A DNA stretch of 64,000 nucleotides from the NCBI GenBank assembly GCA_963769425.1, contig CAVYLP010000006.1, positions 832,001-896,000 of the forward strand, written 5' to 3'. This DNA is from Candidatus Bathyarchaeota archaeon. GTDB lineage: Archaea; Thermoproteota; Bathyarchaeia; TCS64. The notes under the pieces were generated by a model that searched no databases, was not told the origin of the DNA, and was given only the letters and a program-made list of their open reading frames with translations. The first letter of the stretch is position 1. Each line of letters starts with the position of its first letter. Shown here in pieces: positions 57,912-64,000 of this stretch. The position numbers and the translations under genes are program-made.

Positions 57912-59092
57912 GTGGTTAATATGGACGTAAACAAATTCGCGAAGAAGGAGCTGCTAGCGATGGCAGCTGGTTCCTCGACCCGTGTGAATGTGGCCCCCGA
58001 CCCCAAGCTCATCAACCTTGGCGCGGGTGACCCCGACTTCAACCAGCCCAACATCATCAACAAGGCTGTATATCAGGCGATGAAGGAGGGTCACACCCAC
58101 TACGAGTTCACGGGCGTCCCCCAGTTCAAGAAGGCGATCGCCAACTACTACGGCAAGTACGGCGTGAAGATCGACCCCGAGACCCAGCTCTGCATCGAGT
58201 CAGGCGGTAGTCAGGCTATCTTCCGCGCTTTCGGTGCACTCCTTAACCCCGGTGACGAGATCATACTCCTCGACCCCGCCTACCAGGGATACTTCTCACC
58301 TGCCTCCTACTTCGGCGCCAAGATGGTTCGCGCGCCTATGAAGAAGGACAAGAAGGGCATCTTCAGGCCCAGACGTCGAACGCGATCGCTAAGGCTTGCA
58401 CGCCCAAGACGAAGGCGGTCATGATCTGCAGCCCCGACAACCCGACGGGCGCGGTCTACACCGAGAAGGAGCTCAAGGCCCTAGCCGAGGTCTGCGTGCA
58501 GAAGGACATCATCTGCATCAGCGACGAGATCTACACCGAGTTCATCTGGGGCAGAAAGCCCTTCATCCCGACGATGAAGATCCCCGGCATGGAGGACAGG
58601 ACCCTCGCCCTAATGAGCTTCAGCAAGACCTTCGCGTGGACCGGGTGCCGCGCCGGCTACATCATCTCGAGCCCAGAGCTCATGAAGATAGTGGATGCCG
58701 TACCAATCGGCATCATCGGCATGCCAGTCCCATTCCAGTACGCGGGCGCGGTCGCCCTCGAGAAGGGCTGGGGCTTCGTCAAGAAGATGAGGAAGGAGTA
58801 CAAGAAGAGGATCGACTTCAGCGTCAAGAGGCTGAACGAGATCAAGGGCATCACATGCCCGATGCCTGAGGGCACCTTCTACGTCTTCCCAGACATCAGC
58901 GCAGTCGGCATGCCCGCGGCCAAGTTCGGCCAGGAGCTGCTGCTACAGGAGAAGCTCCGCGGTGCACCCGGTACGGGCTACGGCCAGGCCGCCGAGGGAC
59001 ACATCAGGTTCGCCCTCGTCGACAACATGGAGCGCCTCGAGGACGCCTGGAACAGGGTCGAGCACTTCGTAAAGAAGAACGGGAAGAAGTAA
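57912..59092 (+). CDS. PLP-dependent aminotransferase class I/II, frameshifted at about 58371-58381
   Basis: LGAGDPDF, GHTHY, LLNPGDE upstream; SPDNPTG, SDEIY, SFSKTFAWTGCRAG downstream; two extra bases restore FRPDVEAIAKACTPKTK. Confidence 0.9.
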
Positions 59093-59188
59093 ACTTCCCA
59101 ACTAATTTTTTTAAAGAATTGACGAGGTAAGGCTCCTATATTTGTACGACCCCTAAATGATAGTCAATAGCCGTAGGGGAGACGTAAA

Positions 59189-59923
59189 TTGGATTTTATT
59201 ATTCTCTTGCTCGTCGAGTGCATAGTCTTCCTCGCCGCACTCGTCGGCGGGTTGACGGGCTTTGGCTTCGCCCTTGTCCTCGCCCCCAACCTCATGCTTC
59301 TCCTCTCACCGAAGACGGCCATCCCCGTCGTCACGCTTCTGAGCGTTGTTCTCAACTCCATTTTATTCTACGAGGCGAGAGAGTGGGCGAGTCCACGCGA
59401 GATACGCCCCCTCCTCGTCTCGGGGCTCCTCGGTATGCTATGTGGTGCTCTCCTGCTCATCTACCTGAATGTCCCCCTCCTCAAGCTGTTAACCGGCGCC
59501 GTCATCATCCCCTTCGCGATCGCCCTTTTACTCGATGTAAAGATCGAGCTAAACTCCCGGCTCCTTCAGGTCCCAGTTGGGCTGCTCAGCGGCTTCCTCG
59601 GCGGCTCCACCTCGATGAGCGGGCCGCCTGTCGTCCTATTCTTCCAGAACAGGGGCTTCGAGAAGCGGGTCTTCAGGGCGAACCTCATCGTCTACTTCTT
59701 CCTCATCTATCCCCTCACCCTGCCCACGTACTACCTCGGGGGACTCTTGACTGGTGAAGTCTTCTCCACCGCGTTGCTCGCGGCGCCCGCCATGGTCGCC
59801 GGCGCCCTGCTGGGTGCAAGGCACGTGCACAGGGTGAATGAGGGGCTGTTCCGCAGGATCACCCTGCTTCTCGTCATAGCTTCGGGGGTCTTCTCTATCG
59901 TGACGGGGCTGGGCCTCTTCTAA
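59189..59923 (+). CDS. Sulfite exporter TauE/SafE family protein
   Basis: GLTGFGF..V..P and SGFLGG..SMSGPP repeats; 8 TMs. Confidence 0.88.
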   Translation: MDFIILLLVECIVFLAALVGGLTGFGFALVLAPNLMLLLSPKTAIPVVTLLSVVLNSILFYEAREWASPREIRPLLVSGLLGMLCGALLLIYLNVPLLKLLTGAVIIPFAIALLLDVKIELNSRLLQVPVGLLSGFLGGSTSMSGPPVVLFFQNRGFEKRVFRANLIVYFFLIYPLTLPTYYLGGLLTGEVFSTALLAAPAMVAGALLGARHVHRVNEGLFRRITLLLVIASGVFSIVTGLGLF

Positions 59924-59996
59924 TGGCTCGGCTTGTACTCCGCTTAAAATAGCACAATATAAAACCACAGAAAACCTACCCAAAAACGGATAGACG

Positions 59997-60245
59997 ATGA
60001 ACCCAAATCCCCCTAGGCCAGCTTACCAGATTGCCCTACTCTTCTTAATCGCACTTGAGGTACTTGCATTCGAGCTACGGAACTATGCCCTCTTAATTGG
60101 AGTCCTAGTAGTAATCGTCATTGTGGCAATCTACTGGTTCAGATATACCAGGGCTCACTCACTCAAGACAAAGTACAGCCCCAAGAACGCTACACCGAAG
60201 GAAGACTGGAAGGGGAAGACCGACAAGGACAACAACCCCCTCTGA
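59997..60245 (+). CDS. Small membrane protein
   Basis: Two hydrophobic helices and a basic tail. Confidence 0.55.
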   Translation: MNPNPPRPAYQIALLFLIALEVLAFELRNYALLIGVLVVIVIVAIYWFRYTRAHSLKTKYSPKNATPKEDWKGKTDKDNNPL

Positions 60246-60255
60246 GCCCTAGAGG

Positions 60256-61705
60256 CTAGTCCTTGCCCCTGTTCTTCTCAGCGTATGCCTTCGCCATCTC
60301 AAGCGGGGGCTGGATCTCTGCTGGGATGGGTGAGATGTACTTCCTCCCCGCTAGGCGTTTGGTGTGCTCCTCCTTCGCCGCCGCGACTATCTCAGGCTTC
60401 ATCAGAAGGTCGAGCACTGTTCCCGCCGTGACCTTGCTGCTGAAGATGAGGCTCTTGTGGCCAAGACCCATCGCCCCGCAGGCGACCCATTGCCAACTGT
60501 GGGCCGGGCTACCAATCGGATAAGTGGCTGTATTATACTCCACGGCGGGCACGACCCAGCTAACATCCCCAACGTCGGTGGAGCCCGCGCTGCAGTAGTC
60601 CTCACCGAATGGGTCGAGTACATCGTCCGCCATCTCCATGTCGGCATACCTTTCCCACGCCGGAACCTTCTGCCTCTTCATATCGTCGATCTTGACCTGT
60701 CTGTCGAGGCCGGTGTTGATCTTCTTAGCGAACTCGAGCTCCTCAGTCGTGTGCTGTGGGGCACCTATTTCCTTCATGTTAGCCGTGATCGTCTCAGCTA
60801 CCGTCTTGTTGGGGATGAGGTTGTAGAGCCCCATGATGAACTCGACCTTGAGGGTCGTCTCTGTCATCATCGCGGCTCCTTCGGCGATCTTTATTATCCG
60901 TTTGTAGATCGAGTCGAGCTGGTCCCTCTGTGGGGCGCGGATATAATACCAGCTACGGGCGTAGTCGGGGACAACGTTAGGTTGCCCTCCACCGACCTCT
61001 ATGACGTAGTGGAAACGAGCCTCCTGGATGACGTGCTCTCTGAGGTAGTTGACGCCGACGTTCATCAGCTCAATGGCGTCGAGTGCACTCCGCCCCTGCT
61101 CGGGTGAGCCCGCAGCGTGGCTGGTCTTGCCGTAGTAGTGGAACTTTACACCGTTGACGGCTGTGCTGCTTCCAATTGTCGCGGCGTTGATTGAGTCGGG
61201 GTGATGGCTGATGACGGCGTCGACTCCGTCGAATAGGCCGGCGCGCACCATGTAGACTTTGCCGACGAAGTTCTCCTCCGCAGGTGTCCCGAAGAACTTG
61301 ATAGTCCCCTTGGCATTCGCCTTCTCCATAGCGTAGCGTGCAGCAATGGCTCCAGCGACTCCGCTTGTACCATGTATATGATGGCCGCAGCCGTGCCCAG
61401 GGGCACCCTCCTTCAGTGGTATCTTCTCTGGGTACGACTTTATTGCTGATTCCGGGGAGTGCGTCGAACTCGCCCATGATGCCGATGACCGGTTTACCGC
61501 TCCCCCAGGTGGCGACGAAGGCGGTGGGCATACCCGCCACCCCTGCCTCGACCTTGAAGCCGTGTTTCTTCAACTCGTCCTGGAGAAGCTTCGAACTCTT
61601 CGTCTCAGTGAGCCCTAGCTCCGCGTAGCCCCAGATGGTGTCCGCAACTTCTACGATCCTATTTTGATTCTGGTCTATCCAGCCCCAAGCAGTCTCCTTG
61701 ACCAT
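60256..61705 (-). CDS. M20 amidohydrolase (AbgB-like), frameshifted near 61430
   Basis: AELGL.E, GMPTAF, GEFDALPG; GHGCGH in the shifted frame; PAEE, GRSALDA, NYLREH, GSTDVGDVS. Confidence 0.9.
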
Positions 61706-61746
61706 GGGTGAAAGGGAAGTGGATCGAATCTATAAGATCAGCTAGT

Positions 61747-61965
61747 CTATCGAGCCGATGTAGCCGGTATCCTTTCCACCTTTACAATCGCTCTACTGAC
61801 ACCGGCAAGAGGAGGCAACAGATGGGATAGTGTTTGCTCGGCCGTGCATCGCCTAACTATTCCCTTAGAACTAGTCTCAAACCAACCATCTTTGTCTCTC
61901 TGAAAAGATTGCAGTACCCTTCCCTCTTTGTTAAGAAACTTGATTATGCATTCATCGTTCCTCAT
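61747..61965 (-). CDS. Small hypothetical protein
   Basis: ORF with GGTGA SD-like site; CTAEQ.LSHLLPPLA. Confidence 0.5.
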   Translation of the reverse strand: MRNDECIIKFLNKEGRVLQSFQRDKDGWFETSSKGIVRRCTAEQTLSHLLPPLAGVSRAIVKVERIPATSAR

Positions 61966-62215
61966 GAACTCACCAGCGCGTGCGAGTAGATTTCCCCCAG
62001 TTCCGCGTGTAACATAGCTTACCCAACTTGAGCGCATGCTGATAAAACCTTACTAGCGATCCAAGTTTGTACGCGCGTTTGTTCGTTTGTTTGTCAGATA
62101 TTGTGTTGGTTGGTACCAATATCATCACTGGTATGTGTTATAACATGGGGTTAGGCCTCGCAATCGAGGCGGAGCGGGGCTGGTCTTCGGATCGATCTTC
62201 GTATCAAGGAAGTAG

Positions 62216-63190
62216 CTAGTCGAAGGCGCTGACGACGGTGAGAGTTTCCCCCTTGCTGACAGAGTAGAAGCACCTCATCATACTAACGAGGCCGCTCTCG
62301 GGGGTCTTCGCGATCTGCACGACGTTTCCGAATAGATCGGTTACCCTACCTAACTCGTCACCTTTCTTTACCTCCTTATTGAGGTCAACTGAGGGATGCC
62401 AAGCGCCGCCCTCAGATGCGAGGACTCTGAGCCTCCTCCTACTCACTCTCTGAACCCGATACTTCGGCTCACCGCCTAGGATGCCCATGTGTCGGAGGAC
62501 GTTCATCACCCCCTCGACGTGGAAGCGGACAGCTTCCTCTCTAACCGGGTAGGGGGTGCCCGCCTCAGACATGATGCAGGGTATACCGTAGAGGCTCTGG
62601 GCGCTGAGGCTCATTCCCCCCGAAGCGGGGAAGATGTGGGTGAGGTCGCAGGGGAAGCAGGTGGCTAGTTTGAGGGACTCGGCGTTTAAGGCGGGGTCCT
62701 TACCCTCGGCGGCGACCATGAAGCCCTTTATGTCCTCATCTATGTCTCCGCCGTGGCAATCGACGAGTGCGTCGCACTTTGATGCGATCCCATCGAAGGC
62801 GGCGTGGGCAACCCTCTGTGTGAGGCTACCTGAGGCGTCGCCTGGGAAGACGCTGTTCAGGTTCAGCCTGTCGACGGGACTCGTGTACTGTGTCCTCTTC
62901 TCGAACTGGGATCTGTTGAGGATCGGGGTGGCGAGGACGGCTCCCCTCATCACGGAGGGGTCGAGTGAATGGATCACCCTAGTCACGGCTTCGACGCTTG
63001 CGAACTCCGTCCCATGCGTCCCCCCGAATAGGCCCAGAGTCTTTCCCGGAAGGACGCCGTTGATCACTGCTACAGGTATCCGGTAGTTGTCATCGCCAAC
63101 GTCAATGAATCCGGTCGACTTCTCACCGGGCGCAGCCACCGCGTTACCTATGCGGATGGGGGTCGCTCCGCCTGCTTTGCCTCGGATCAT
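62216..63190 (-). CDS. AstE/AspA (succinylglutamate desuccinylase/aspartoacylase) family protein
   Basis: GGTHGTE, NLN.VFPG, DCHGG, SEAG; C-terminal barrel-sandwich-like segment. Confidence 0.88.
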   Translation of the reverse strand: MIRGKAGGATPIRIGNAVAAPGEKSTGFIDVGDDNYRIPVAVINGVLPGKTLGLFGGTHGTEFASVEAVTRVIHSLDPSVMRGAVLATPILNRSQFEKRTQYTSPVDRLNLNSVFPGDASGSLTQRVAHAAFDGIASKCDALVDCHGGDIDEDIKGFMVAAEGKDPALNAESLKLATCFPCDLTHIFPASGGMSLSAQSLYGIPCIMSEAGTPYPVREEAVRFHVEGVMNVLRHMGILGGEPKYRVQRVSRRRLRVLASEGGAWHPSVDLNKEVKKGDELGRVTDLFGNVVQIAKTPESGLVSMMRCFYSVSKGETLTVVSAFD

Positions 63191-63235
63191 CGATGGGAGA
63201 GTTGTGGCTACTACCTTTAAAACGATGGCTGATGG

Positions 63236-64000
63236 TCAGCCCTGTTTCGCTGCTTGGGCCTTCGCGACTTCAAGTGGTGGCCCGATGTCGTCGGGTATCG
63301 CGCATCGGTAGGTCCTTCCCTGCATCTTCTTGGCGTGCTCCTCCTTTGCCTTCGCCAGTAGCTCCGGCTTTGTGAGGAGATCGAGTGTTGCTCCAGCCAT
63401 CGTCTTCGCCGCGAAGATGAGGCTCTTGTGTCCTAGGCTCATCCCACTGCAAGCAACGGTTTGCCAGCTGTGGCCTGGGGCGCCGAGGACGAAGGCCGCC
63501 GTGCCGAATTCCATCGTTGGAGTTTGCCAGCTCACGTCTGAGACATCGGTGGATCCTCCCGAGACCTCGCCTTCGTTCCATGGGTCGAGGATGTCCGTCA
63601 CCATGTCTACGTCGAGATACTTTTCGTAGTTCGGTATCTTCGACTTTCTGAGGTTGTCGACCTTCTGCTCCTTGGGGAAGCTCTTGGCGACCTCCGCAGC
63701 GAAGGCCAGTTCATCCGGTGTGTAGTTGGGTGCCCCGATCTCTCTCATGTTGGAGACGACGACCTCGCTCAGGACCTTGCTGGGGAGAAGGTTGTAGACG
63801 CCCGTGAGGAACTCGACCTTGAGTGTTGTCTCGGTCATCATGGCCGCGCCCTCCGCTATCTTGAGGATTCGTGCGTAGATGTGGTCTACCTGGTCCCGCT
63901 CCGGGGCTCGTATGTAGTACCAGCTCCTCGCGTAGTCGGGGACGACGTTTGGTTGTCCTCCGCCCTCCTCTATGATGTAGTGGATGCGCGCCTTGTCGAT
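63236..64000 (-). CDS. M20 amidohydrolase (AbgB-like), 5' part outside window
   Basis: GGGQPNVVPDYARSWYYIRAP, GGSTDVSDVSW, GHSWQ; close paralog of 60256-61705. Confidence 0.9.
   Translation of the reverse strand: MDKARIHYIIEEGGGQPNVVPDYARSWYYIRAPERDQVDHIYARILKIAEGAAMMTETTLKVEFLTGVYNLLPSKVLSEVVVSNMREIGAPNYTPDELAFAAEVAKSFPKEQKVDNLRKSKIPNYEKYLDVDMVTDILDPWNEGEVSGGSTDVSDVSWQTPTMEFGTAAFVLGAPGHSWQTVACSGMSLGHKSLIFAAKTMAGATLDLLTKPELLAKAKEEHAKKMQGRTYRCAIPDDIGPPLEVAKAQAAKQG

Noticed and set aside
59121-59185. AGGTAAGGCTCCTATAT resembles the 5' end of the M-box (ykoK) riboswitch
   Set aside because: Only about 60 nt are available and none of the downstream conserved M-box elements are present; more likely a TATA promoter region
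62065-62123. (GTTT)n-like run and GATATTG/CAATATC inverted repeat
   Set aside because: Short and low-complexity, compatible with a T-rich archaeal terminator or chance

Overview
GC-rich archaeal chromosomal segment, most consistent with Bathyarchaeia or another TACK lineage. This is inferred from a eukaryote-like topoisomerase IB, archaeal TyrS and DnaG, a nurA-herA-mre11-rad50 operon, an archaeal SRP RNA, TATA-box promoters and many peptidases, amidohydrolases and MFS transporters. About 60 CDS are mostly housekeeping or catabolic: CopA, SucCD, membrane PPase, SOD, type I GAPDH, M14/M20/AstE hydrolases and Ada. RNA genes are tRNA-Leu(GAG), tRNA-His(GTG) and SRP RNA. Most notable are a two-hairpin K-turn/ACA (H/ACA-like) sRNA at about 54.25-54.46 kb, a structured 5' leader of dnaG, a 4xCBS + HPF/RaiA-like ribosome-hibernation candidate, and a divergent NurA/HerA/Mre11/Rad50 operon next to a bacterial-type Ada. 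Also present are a small ribbon-helix-helix gene with a periodic operator array and a decayed element scar next to tRNA-Leu. Five genes carry single-base-insertion frameshifts that look like sequencing errors. No CRISPR array or intact mobile element was seen.
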